Of a DNA stretch of 64,000 nucleotides, positions 48,822 to 61,249 are shown piece after piece; the first letter of the stretch is position 1; each line of letters opens with the position of its first letter. A program made the position numbers and the translations under genes. This stretch comes from Mobula hypostoma (taxonomy: Eukaryota): NCBI RefSeq assembly GCF_963921235.1, contig NC_086097.1, positions 198,278,001-198,342,000 on the forward strand, given 5' to 3'. The notes under the pieces are model-generated. The model searched no databases and was not told where the DNA came from. It was given only the letters and a program-made list of their open reading frames with translations.

Positions 48822-51800
48822 CATAAGACCATAATATAGAGGAGGAGAAGTAGGCCATTCAGCCCATTGAGTCTGCTCCGCCATTCAATCATGGGCTGAT
48901 CCAGTTCTTCCAGTCATCCCCACTCTGCTGCCTTCTCCCCATACCCTTTGATGGCCTGGCTAATCAAGAACCTACCTTAAATGCTCCACAGCCGCTCATG
49001 GCAACAAATTCCAGAGCTTACCACCCTTTGACTATAGTAATTTCACCGCATCTCTGTTCTAAATGGACATCCTTCAATCCTAAGTCGTGCCCTCTTGTCC
49101 TAGGCTCCCCTACCATGGGAAATAACTTTGCCATAACTAATCTGTTCAGGCCTTTCAACATTCAGAATGTTTCTATGAGATTCCCCCTCATTCTCCTGAA
49201 CTTGAGGGAATACAGCCCAAGAGCTGCCAGACGTTCCTCATACGGTAACCCTTTAATTCCTGGAATCACTCTCGTGAATCTTCTCTAAACATTCTCCAAT
49301 GCCAGTATATCCTTTTTAAAATAAGGAGCCCAAAACTGCACACAATACTCCAAGTGTGGTCTCATAAGTGCCTTATAGAACCTCAACATCACATGCCTGC
49401 TCTTATATTCTACACCTCTATTCTACGCCTTCTTCACCACTGACTCAGCCTGGAGGTTAACCTTTAGGGTATCCTGCACAAGGACTCCCAAGTTCCTTTC
49501 CATCTCTGCATTTTGAATTCTCTCCCCATCTAAATAATAGTCTGCCTGTTAATTTCTTCCAACAAAGTGTATGACCATACACTTTCCAACATTGTATTTC
49601 ATTTGCCACTTCTTTGCCCATTCCCTTAAACTACCTAAGTCTCTCTGCAGGCTCTCTGTTTCCTCAACACTACCCATTCCTCCACTTATTTTTGTATCAT
49701 TTGCAAACTTAGCCACAAATCCATTAATCCCATAGTCCAAATCATTGACATACATTGTAAAAAGCAGCGGTCCCAACACCGACCCATGTGGAACGCCACT
49801 GGTAACTGGCAGCCAGCCAGAATAGGATCCCTTTATTCCCACTCTCTGTTTTCTGCCAATCAGCCAATGCTCCATCCATGCTAGTAACTCCCCTGTAATT
49901 CCATGGGATCTTATCTTACTAAGCAGCCTTATGTGTGGCATCTTGTCAAAGGCCTAATGAAAATCCAAGTACACCACATCTACTGCATCTTCTTTGTCTA
50001 CCCTGCTTGTAATTGCAATAGCTTAGTCAGGCAGGATTTTCCTTTTGGGAAATCATGCTGGCTTTGGCCTATCTTGTCATGTGCCTCCAGGTACTCCGTA
50101 ATCTCATCCCTAACAATTGATTCCAGCAACTTCCCAACCACTGATGTCAGGCTAGCAGGTCTATAGTTTCCTTTCTGCTGCCTCCCACCCTTCTTAAATA
50201 GTGGAGTAACATCTGCAATTTTCTAGTCATCCGGTACAATGCCAGAACCTATCGATTCTTGAAAGATCATTGTTAATGTCACCACAATCTCTCCAGCTAC
50301 TTTCTTCTGAAGTTGAGGGTGCATTCCATCAGGTCCAGGAGATTTATCCACCCTCAGACCATTAAGCTTCCTGAACACCTCCTCAGTCGTAACTTTCACT
50401 GCACATATTTACTTCCCTAACACTCCTTAATTTCTGGTATCCTGCAGATGTCTTCCACTGTGAAGACTGATGCAAAATACACATTCAGTTCCTTTGCCCT
50501 CTGCATTTCTCATTACAATATCTTCAGCATCATTTTCTATTGGTCCTATATCTACCCTCAACTCTCTTCTACCCTTTATTAACTTAAAAAAGCTTTTAGT
50601 ATATTCTTTGATATTAGTCCCCAGCTTCCTATCAAAATTCATCTTTTCCTTCGTAATGACCTTCTTAGTTCCTTCTGCAAGTTTTTAAAAGGTTCCAAAT
50701 CCTCTATCTTCCCACTAGCTTGGCTTCCTTGTATGCCCTCTCTTTTGCCTTTACTTTGGCTCTGACTTCACTTGTCAGCCACAGTAGTGTCCTTCTTCCA
50801 TTTGAAAATTTCTTCTTATTTGGAATATATCTGTCTTACACTTCCCTCATTTTTCACAGAAACTCCAACCATTGCTGCTCTGCTGTCCTTCTTGCTAGTG
50901 TCCCTTTCCAGTCAACCTTGGCCAGTTCCCCTCTCATGCCATTGTAATTTCCTTTATTTCACTGAAATACCAACACATTGGAATTTAGCTTCTCCTTCTC
51001 AAATTTCAAAGTGAACTCAATCATATTGTGATCACTGTTCCCAAAGGGTTCCTTAACTGTAAGCTCTCTTACCACCTCCGGATCATTGCATAACACCCAG
51101 ACCAGCACAGCCAATCCCCTAGTGGGCTCAACAACAAGTTGCTCTAAGAAACCATCCCTTAGACATTCTACAAACTCTCTCTCTTGAGGTCCAGTACTGG
51201 CCTGGTTTTCCCAATCCACTTTCATGTTAAAATCCCCAATGATTATCATGACATTGGCCTTCTGACACGCCTTTTTTATCTCCTGCTGCAATTTGTAATC
51301 CACATCCCGGCTGCCGTTTGGAGGCCTGTATACAACTGCCATTAAGGTCCTTTTACCTTTGCCATTTCTTAACTCAACCGATAGAAACTCTACACTTTCT
51401 GATCCTATGTCATCCCTTTTTAATGATTTAATATTATTTCTTATACACCGGGTCACACCACCCCCTCTGCCTTCTAACCTATCTTTCCGATACACTGTGT
51501 ATCCTTGGACATTCAGCTCCCAGTGACAGCCATCCTTTAGCCAAGTTTCAGAGATGGCCGCAACATCATATTTGCCAATCTGTAGCTGAATTTCAAGATC
51601 GTCCATTTTATTCCTTATCCTGTGTGCATTCAAATACAATACTCTCAGTCCAGAGTTTGTTGCTTTCTGTTTTAACTGCACCACATCTCTATTAACCTGT
51701 AACTCATCCCACTCGCTGTGATTATGCCTCATCTCCTGCCTGTCCTTTCTATCATCTCTGTTGCACACTATCTTTGATTTATTTCTGTTTTCCCCTTCCT

Positions 51801-54800
51801 CAGCCCTATCACTCTGGTTCCCATCCCCCCGCCAAATTAGTTTAAACCCTCCCTAGCAGTGCTATTGAACCTGCCTGCTAGGATATTGGACCCCTTTGGG
51901 TTTAGGTGTAACCCGCCCTTTTTGTACAGGTCGTATCTCCTCCAGCAGAGGCCCCAATGATCCAGGAGTCTGAAGCACTGTCCCCTACACCAGCCTCTCA
52001 GCCACGCATTAATATGCCTGATCATGCTGTTCTTACGCTTGTTAGCACTTGGCACAGGCAGCAATCCTGAGATTACTACCCTGGAGGTCCTGTTTTTCAG
52101 CTTCCTACTCAACTCCCTGAATTCTTTCTTCAGGACCTCCTCCCTTTTTCTACTTATGTCATTGGTATCAATGTGTGGTACCAACTTTTTTTGGATCGAG
52201 ACTACAGAGCGGCCTGGGAGCTAAATTCTGAAGGAAGACAGTTTTTTTAAAAACTTCTTCGAGTGCAAGAAGGACGAGACTGCGCAGGTGCGTGACGTAA
52301 CAGGACAGCGTGGAGAGTTTGAAAAGGAAGTTTGCTACCAATGGCTTTCTTTTGGATCGGGACTACAGAGCGGCGTGGGAGCTGAATTCTGAAGGAAGGC
52401 AGTTTTTTTTAAAAACTTCTTCGAGTGCAAGAAGAATGAGACTGTGCAGGCACATGACGTCAACAGGACAGTGTGGCGAGTTTTAAAAGGAGACCACCCT
52501 ATACAGCGGGCAGCTGTTGGAGTGGGCAGCGGAGTGAGTGGTAGCAGAGTGTAGGGCTTTGGCTTCAATGGGCTTCAGCGGTAAATGGGAAGAGGCGACA
52601 GAGAAGCACCAACTCTTTTTTTCTCACCCCCCCCCCTTTGCGAATCGGCTCAGACAGACAGGAACAGCAGGGCTTTCACAGCTAACGGTACAAGCTAACG
52701 GTTTAAAAAGTTCATCTGTTTGATGAGGTAAGTGGGTGAATGGACTTACTTTTCCTGTTTCATTCCTGTAGAATTAGATAGCATGCCTGCAGGGTTAGTG
52801 CTTTGTTCAGGGTGTCAGAAGTGGGAATCCTGGGAGATCTCCAGCCTCCCTGATGGCCACATCTGCGCCAGGTGCACCGAGATGCAGCTCCTCAGAGACC
52901 GTGTTAGGGATCTGGAGCTGCAGCTTGATGACCTACTGCTTATCAGGGAAAGTGAATAGGTGATAGACAGGAGCTACAGGGAGGTAGTCATCCCTAGGCT
53001 GCAGGGGTCAGAAAACTGGGTCACTGTCAAGAGAGGGAAGGGAAATGCCCGGATAGTGGAGAGCACACCTGTGGCTGCTCCCCTCAGCAACAAATATCTT
53101 TTTCTGGATGCTGTTGAAGGAGATGACCTGACAGGGGACGCCCATGGTGACCCGGTCTCTGGCACTGAGCCTGGCGCTGTTGTGCAGGAGAGAAGGAGGG
53201 AGAAGAGAAATGCGGTAGTCATAGAGGATTCCCTAGTCAGGGGAATGGACAGGAGATTCTGTGAGCCTGATAGAGATACCCGCATGGTGTGTTGCCTCCC
53301 AGGTGCCAGGGTACGGGATGTCTCGGATTGGGTTCAGAATATTCTGAAGGGGGAGGGTGAGCAGCCAGTTGTCTCGGTACATGTTGGTACCAATGACATA
53401 GATAGGACAAAGGAGGAGGTCCAGAAAAGAGATTTCCAGGATAGGAAGAAAGCTGAGAAGCAGGACTTCCAGGGTAGTAATCTCGGGATTGCTACCTGTG
53501 CCACGTGCTAGCGAGGGCAAGAATAGTAGATCAGGCAGATGAATGCGTGGCTGAGAGACTGGTGCAGGGGACAGGGCTTCAGATTCTTGGATCATTGGGA
53601 TCTCTTCTGGGGGAAGTATGACCTGTTCAAAATGAACAGGTTACACCTGAACCCGAAGGTGAACAATATCCTGGCGGGAAAGTTTAATAGAGTTGTTAGG
53701 GAGGGTTTAATCTAATTTGGCAGGGGAATGATAGAGCGGAGGAAAGAGAAAACAGAAATAAAACTAAGATAGTGAGCAGTAAGGATGTCAGGAAAGACAG
53801 GCAGGTGATGGGGCAAATTTGTAGCTGTTGGGTTGAGTTGCAGTACTTAAATGCATGCAGCATAAGGAATAAGGTGGATGATCTTGTTGTACAGCTAGAG
53901 ATTGGCAGGTATGATATTGTGGCCATCACTGAGACCCGGCTAAAGGATGCATGTCTCTGGGAGCTGAACGTCCAAGGATACACGGTGTATCGGAAGGATA
54001 GGAAGGTAGGCAGAAGGGGAGGCTTGGCTTTATTGGTAATAAATATTATTAAATCATTAGAAAGAGGTGATATAGGATCGGAAGGGGCAGAATCTTTATG
54101 GGTTGAGCTAAGAAATCGCAGGGGTAAAAGGACCCTGATGGCAGTTATTTATAGGCCTCCTAACAGCTGCAGTGATGTGGACTACAAATTACAACAGGAA
54201 ATAGAAAAGGCTTGTCAGAAGGGCAGTGTTATGATAATTGTGGGGGATTTTAACACGCGAGTGGATTGGGAAAATCAGGTCGGCACTGGATCTCAAGAGA
54301 GCATTTGTAGAATGTCTGCGAGATGGCTTTTTAGAACAGCTTGTTGCTGAGCCCACTAGGGGATCGGCTGTACTGGATTGGGTATTGTGTAATGAACCGG
54401 AGGTGATTAGAGAGATTGAGGTGAAGGAACCTTTAGGAGGCAGTGATCATAACATGATTGAGTTCACTGTGAAATTTGAAAAAGAGAAGCCGAAATCGGT
54501 ATTTCAGTGGAGTAAAGGAAATTATAGTGGCATGAGAGAGGAACTGGCCAAAGTTGACTGGAAAGAGACACTGTTGGGAAAGACGGCAGAGCAGCAGTGG
54601 CTGGAGATTATGCGAGAAGTGAGGAAGGTGCAAGAGAGGTATATTCCAAAAAAGAAGAAATTTTCAAATGGAAAAAGGATGCAACCGTGGTTGACAAGAG
54701 AAGTCAAAGCCAAAGTTAAAGCAAAGGAGAGGGCATACAAGGAAGCAAAAATTAGTGGGAAGACAGAGGATAGGGAAGTTTTTAAAAGCTTACCAAAGGA

Positions 54801-57128
54801 AACTAAGAAGGTCATTAAGAGGGAAAAGATTAACTATGAAAGGAAGCTAGCAAATAATATCAAAGAGGATACTAAAAGCTTTTTCAAGTATATAAAGAGT
54901 AAAAGACAGGTGAGAGTAGATATAGGACCAATAGAAAATGATGCTGGAGAAATTGTAATGGGAGATAAGGAGATGGCGGAGGAACTGAACAAGTATTTTG
55001 CATCAGTCTTCACTGAGGAAGACATCAGCAGTTTACCAGACACTCAAGGGTGGCAGGGAAGAGAAATGTGCGCAGTCACAATTACGACAGAGAAAGTACT
55101 CAGGAAGCTGAATAGTCTACAGGTAGATAAATCTCCCGGACCAGATGGAATGCACCCACATGTTCTGAAGGAAGTAGGTGTGGAGATTGCGGAGGCATTA
55201 GCGATGATCTTTCAAAAGTCGATAGATTCTGACATTGTTCCGGAGGACTGGAAGATTGCAAATGTCACTCCGCTATTTAAGAAGGGGGCAAGGAAGCAAA
55301 AAGGAAATTATAGACCTGTTAGCTTGACATCGGTGGTTGGGAAGTTGTTGGAGTCGATTGTCAAGGATGAGGTTACGGAGTACCTGGAAGCATATGACAA
55401 GATAGGCAGAACTCAGCATGGATTCCTTAAAGGAAAATCCTGCCTGACAAACCTATTACAATTTTTTGAGGAAATTACCAGTAGGCTAGACAAGGGAGAT
55501 GCAGTGGATGCTGTATATTTGGATTTTCAGAAGGCCTTTGACAAAGTGTCACACATGAGGCTACTTAACAAGGTAAGAGCCCATGGAATTACGGGAAAGT
55601 TACATACGTGGATAGAGCTTTGGCTGATTGGCAGGAAACAGAAAGTGGGAATAAAGGGATCCTATTCTGGTTGACTGCCGGTTACCAGTGGTGTTCCACA
55701 GGGGTCCGTGTTGGGGCCGCTTCTTTTTACATTGTACATCAACGATTTGGATTATGGAATAGATGGCTTTGTGGCTAAGTTTGCTGATGATACGAAGATA
55801 GGTGGAGGGGCCGGTAGTGCTGAGGAAACGGAGAGTCTGCAGAGAGACTTGGATAGATTGGAAGAATGGGCAAAGAAGCGGCAAATGAAATACAATGTTG
55901 CAAAGTGTATGGTTATGCACTTTGGCAGAAGAAATAAACAGGCAGACTATTATTTAAATGGGGAAAGAATTCAAAGTTCTGAGATGCAACGGGACTTGGG
56001 AGTCTTCGTACAGGATACCCTTAAGGTTAACCTCCAGGCTGAGTTGGTGGTGAAGAAGGTGAATGCAATGTTGGCATTCATTTCTAGAGGAATAGAGTAT
56101 AGGAGCAGGGATGTGATGTTGAGGCTCTATAAGGCGCTGGTGAGACCTCACTTGGAGTACTGTGGGCAGTTTTGGTCTCCTTATTTAAGAAAGGATGTGC
56201 TGACGTTGGAGAGGGTACAGAGAAGATTCACTAGAATGATTCCGGGAATGAGAGGGTTAACATATGAGGAATGTTTGTCCGCTCTTGGACTGTATTCCTT
56301 GGAGTTTAGCAGAATGAAGGGAGACTTCATAGAAACATTTCGATTGGTGAAAGGCATGGACAGAGTGGATGTGGCAAAGTTGTTTCCTATGATGGGGGAG
56401 TCTAGTACGAGGGGGCATGACTTAAGGATTGAAGGGCGCCCATTCAGAACAGAAATGCGAAGAAATTTTTTTAGTCAGAGGGTGGTGAATCTATGGAATT
56501 TGTTGCCACGGGCAGCCGTGAAGGCCAAGTAATTGGGTTTATTTAAGGCAGAGATTGATAGGTATCTGAGTAGCCAGGGCATCAAAGGTTATGGTGAGAA
56601 GGCGGGGGAGTGGGACTAAATGGGAGAATGGATCAGCTCATGATAAAATGGCGGAGTAGACTCAATGGGCCGAATGGCTGACTTCTGCTCCTTTGTCTTA
56701 TGGTCTTATGGTGTATCAAGACTTCTGGCTGTTCAACCTCTCCCTTCAGAAAACTCTACACCTGATCTGAGGCATCCTGTAACCTGGCACCTGGGAGGCA
56801 ACACACCATGTGGGTATCTCTATCAGGCTGACAGAACCTCCTTTCTGTTCCCCTCACTATGGAAGCCCCTATGACTAGCACATTTCTCATCTTCCTCTTT
56901 CCCTCCTACACCACGGAACCAGGCTCAGTGCTAGAGACCCGATCACTACAGTCATCCTCTGTCAGGTCACCCCCCCCCTCAACAGCATCTAAAACGAGAT
57001 AATCATTACTGAGGGGAATGGCCACAGGGGTGCTCTCTATGATCTGAGCTCTTCCCTTCCCTTCCCTGACAGTCACCCACCTGCCTAACTCCTGCAGCCT
57101 TGGTGTGACTAACTCCCTGTAGCTCCTT
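48822..57128 (-). mobile_element. Near full-length decayed CR1, split in ORF1 by another CR1
   Basis: RT and APE ORF pieces (49549-49941, 50959-51768); ORF1 pieces 51837-52184 and 56713-57128; tcttatgg tail. Confidence 0.92.
52186..56712 (+). mobile_element. Full-length CR1 LINE (5' monomers, ORF1 zinc finger/zipper/SGNH esterase, ORF2 APE-RT), few lesions
   Basis: ORF1 from ATG 52783 (CSGC..CARC, DSLVRG, HVGTND); ORF2 pieces 53772-54350, 54238-55674, 55708-56532; (tcttatgg)n tail. Confidence 0.96.
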
Positions 57129-58010
57129 GTGGCAGTGCTCCTTGTAGATGTGTTCAATGGTGGCAAGGGCTTTTCCTGTGATGGACTGCGCTGTATCTAC
57201 CAGTTTCTGTGGGTTTTCCCATCCTTGGGCATTGATGTTTCCATACCATCCATGATGTAATCAGTCGGGATACCCTCCATTGTGCATCTATTAAAGTTTA
57301 TCAAAGTTTTCAGAATCAGATTGAGAATCAGGTTTAATATCACCAGCTTATGTCACGAAATGTGTTGATTATATTGAGGCAGTACAATCCTATAAATAGA
57401 TACAGAAAAAAAATCACATTGTGTATATATATCTATTAAATAGTTAAAATAAGTAGTGCAAAAACAGAAATGAAAAAAGTAGTGAGTAGTGAGTTTTAGA
57501 TGACATGCTGTATTTGTGTATATTTCTAAGAAAGCAGAGGTGCTGCCATGTTTTCTTTGTAATGGTACTTATGTGCTGGCTGCAGGACACCTCTTTTGAT
57601 ATGTTAATACCAAGGAATTAAAAGCTACTGACCATTCCCACTTCCTATCCCCTAATGAGGCCCGGCTCATGGATCTTTGGCCAGTTTCTTCCTCATGTAG
57701 TCAGTGATATGCTGTTGTCGAGGCACAATTCAACCAGATTTTCAGTTTCCCTCCTACATACCAATTCGTCACCGCCTTTGGTTTGGCCAGTGACAGTGGT
57801 GTCATCAGCAAACTTAAATATGGCATTGGAGCTATAATTTAGCCTCACAACCATAGGTATAAAGCACGTAGAACAGCGGCCTAAGCACCTGCGCAGATGA
57901 TGATTGTGGAGGAGATGCCATTACCAATCTGTACTGACTGAGATTTGCAAGTGGGAAAATCAAGGATCCAGTTGCACAAGAAGGCACTGGTGCCTACTAT
58001 AGGTCTTGGT
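57129..58010 (-). mobile_element. Decayed Rex1/Babar; continues the piece at 48730-48820 and holds a second 3'-end insert at 57311-57491
   Basis: Similar to 16320-17040; agtttt repeated around the inner insert. Confidence 0.75.
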
Positions 58011-58039
58011 GCTTAGGGAACTCCAAGCTCACAAGGCTT

Positions 58040-60200
58040 GCATTTGCTCAGAGGTGTAAACGGACTTTGGAGTCATGTGCAGCATTCCCTAATGGTTAAC
58101 TTGCAGGTTGAATCAGTAGTAAGGAAGGCAAAGGTAATGTCAGCACTCATTTTGAGAGGACTAAAATATAAAAGCAAGGACATTATGCTGAAAATTTATA
58201 AAGCACGGTGAGCAGAATTGGACTCCTCATGGGAAAGGATATGGTGGCATTGGAGGGAGTCTGGAGAAGTTTTGCAAGATTGATCCCGAGAATGAAAGGG
58301 TTAATGTATGAGCAGTGTTTGATGGCTCAGCCTGGATACAATACAGTTTAGAAGAATGTTGGGTGAATGTTTATGATGGGGTGGTGGGGTGAGTGGAACA
58401 GCTCTAATTGAAACCTATCATATACTGAAAGGCCTAGACAGAGTAAATGTGCCGAAGATGTTTCCTGCAGCGAGGAAGTCCAGGACCAGAGGGCATAACC
58501 TCAGAATAGAACAATATCCCTTTAAAACATTGATGAGGAGGAACTTCTTTATCCAGAGACCATGAGACCATAAGCCCTAAAACATAGGAACAAAATGAGA
58601 CCATTCAGCCCATTAAGTCAGTTCCACAATTCTATCATGGCTGATTTATTATAGTCATAGTCATAGTCATACTTTACTGATACCAGGAGAAATTGGTTTT
58701 CGTTACAGTTGCACCATAAATAATTAAATAGTAATAAAACCATAAGTAATTAAATAGTAATATGTAAATTATGCCAGGAAATAAGTCCAGGACCAGCCTA
58801 TTGGCTCAGGGTGTCTGATCCTCCAAGGGAGGAGTTGTAAAGTTTGATGGCCACAGGCAGGAATGACTTCCTATGACGCTCTGTGTTGCATCTCGGTGGA
58901 ATGAGTCCCTGGCTGAATGTACTCCTGTGCCCAACCAGTACATTATGTAGTGGATGGGAGACATTGTCCAAGATGGCATGCAACTTGGACAGCATCCTCT
59001 TTTCAGACACCACTGTCAGAGAGTCCAGTTCCATCCCCACAACATCACTGGCCTTACGAATGAGTTTGTTGATTCTGTTGGTGTCTGCTACCCTCAGCCT
59101 GCTGCCCCAGCACACAAAAGCTCATTATTCCTCCTCATCTCTCCACTAATGCGATGTTCTTGTTTTATGAGGCTGTACCCTTTTGTCCTAGGCTCCCCCA
59201 GTTTAGGAAACATCTGATAATCCTCAGATATACACCTTTGCTTTTATATTCTAGTCATCTCAAAATGAATACTAACATTGCATTTGCCTTCTTTACCACT
59301 GACTCAAACTGCAAAAAAACTTTAGGGAATCCTGGACTTGGACTCCCAAGTCCTTTTGCACCTCTGATTTGCTACCCATTTAGAAAATAGGCTATGCCTT
59401 TATTCCTTCTACCAAAGTGCATGGCAATACACTTCTCTACAGTGTATACTATCTGTCAGTTCTTTGCTCAATCTCCTAATCTGTCCAAATCCTTCTGCAG
59501 ACTCCCTACTTCCTCAACACTACCTGCTCTTCCACCTACCTTTGTATCGTCCATAAACCTGGACACTAAGCCATTAATTCTGTCATCCAGATTATTGATG
59601 CACAATTTGAAAAGAAGTTGTCCCAACATAGACCCCTGCTGAATCCCACTAGTCACTGGCAGTGCAACAGAAAACACCTCTTTATTCCTAATCTTTACCT
59701 CCTGCCAGTCAGCCAATCTTCTATTCATGCTAGTATCTTTCTTTTAATACCATGGGCTCTTAAATTGTTTGTGGCACCTTGTCAAAGGTTTTCTGAAATT
59801 CCAAATAAACAATATCCACTAACTCTCTTTTATCTATTCTGCTTGTAATTTCCTCAAGGAATTCCAACATGTTTGTTAAACAAGACTTTCCCTTAAGGAA
59901 ACCATGCTAACTTTGCCCTATTGTATCATATTCTTCCAGGTACCCTGATACTTCATAATAGACTTCATCAGGGGGTGTTGAATCTCATTGCCACAGATGC
60001 TGTGGAGGTCAGCATTGGATATATTTAAAGCAGAGTTTAATAGGTTCTTGATTGGTAAGGATGTCAAGGGTCATGGAGACAAGGCGCGAGAATGGTGTTG
60101 AGAAGGAAAATAAATCAACCATAATCGAATGGCAGGGCAGACTTGGTGAGAAAAAGCGCTAATCATGCTCCTGTTTCATCTGGGCTTATTGTCTTAGATT
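58040..60200 (+). mobile_element. Decayed CR1 3' part, split by an antisense CR1 (58560-59960)
   Basis: Plus-strand text stops at atccagag (58558) and resumes near 59970; intervening sequence is reverse-complement CR1 RT. Confidence 0.8.
58651..59115 (-). mobile_element. Young Rex1/Babar 3' fragment
   Basis: ORF 58798-59115 nearly identical to the C-terminus of 29701-30300; (tatgac)n tail. Confidence 0.93.
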
Positions 60201-61249
60201 TATCCTAGTAAGGAGTTGTCAGGGCCCAGCACCCTGACAGAGATACATATTTGCATCATCTTTAGCCAGGGGTGACTTATTAGTAGACTGTAGTTTGGCA
60301 AATATTGTGCTTTTCATTAAAAACGGTTGTAAAAGTAACTTAGGGCCTTACAGACTAGTGAGACTAACATCAGTTGCAGAGAAGTTGCAAGAAGGAGGAA
60401 CAGGATCTATCAATATTTGCTAGGCTAGGGTTTCATATCTCATAAATTTGAATGAGATTATTTTTGAAGAACTACGTGAGAACTATTTTTGAAGAACTAT
60501 TGACAGGGCATTGTGGAGGATGTGCTTACAAGCTATTTATCAAGGTCTTTGAAGAGGTCCTTTCAGATTAACTAAAAGAAGATTATGGATTTCATGTAAA
60601 TTGTACTAAGTCTCTAAATTTCCTTTACATCCCTTTACATTTTACATTGAAATGAAAATCTCCAGTGAACAAAGGCATGGTAGTAAGTAATCCAATTTCC
60701 AATATGTTTTAAATTCACCATATCAAAAATTTAACTTTGTTCCTAATCTTAAGAGTGCAGTCATATTTTTTGGAGCTCATGGGAAGAACGCCAATTAGCA
60801 AGGCATTTTGGATGTGTATTGTCCATCAATAAAATTAGTGTCTACTAGGGAATCATGAGCAGTGCCTTCCAACTGCCAAATTTGTGCTGTTGTGCAATGA
60901 GCCTTAACAATTTACTTTGCTCCATGTTTTCATTCCACTCTTGTAAGAATTTCCTTTTATAAAGTGCTAGAAATGAATGCTATTCACCAGATAAATTACA
61001 AAATTATGAGGTATTTTGATAAATCATATAGGTATTCAAATCACATGTAAAACCCTTGCAATTTCCAGGACTGGATTCAAATATTATGAACTGCCAACCA
61101 TTGTTTCATCTGAGAATTAACGTTAATTTTAGCCTTGACTCCAGGTTACATCACAGATGATGTGTCCCAGCACATCCTAGGATGTACCTCAACATCACAA
61201 GATCTGGATCAGCCCATGAATAGTCTGGGTGACAACAAAGAACAGGTTG

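Noticed and set aside
52186..56712. Retrotransposition-competent CR1
   Set aside because: Stop at 52957-52959, frameshifts near 53440 and 54300, and stops at 55672-55674 and 56530-56532.
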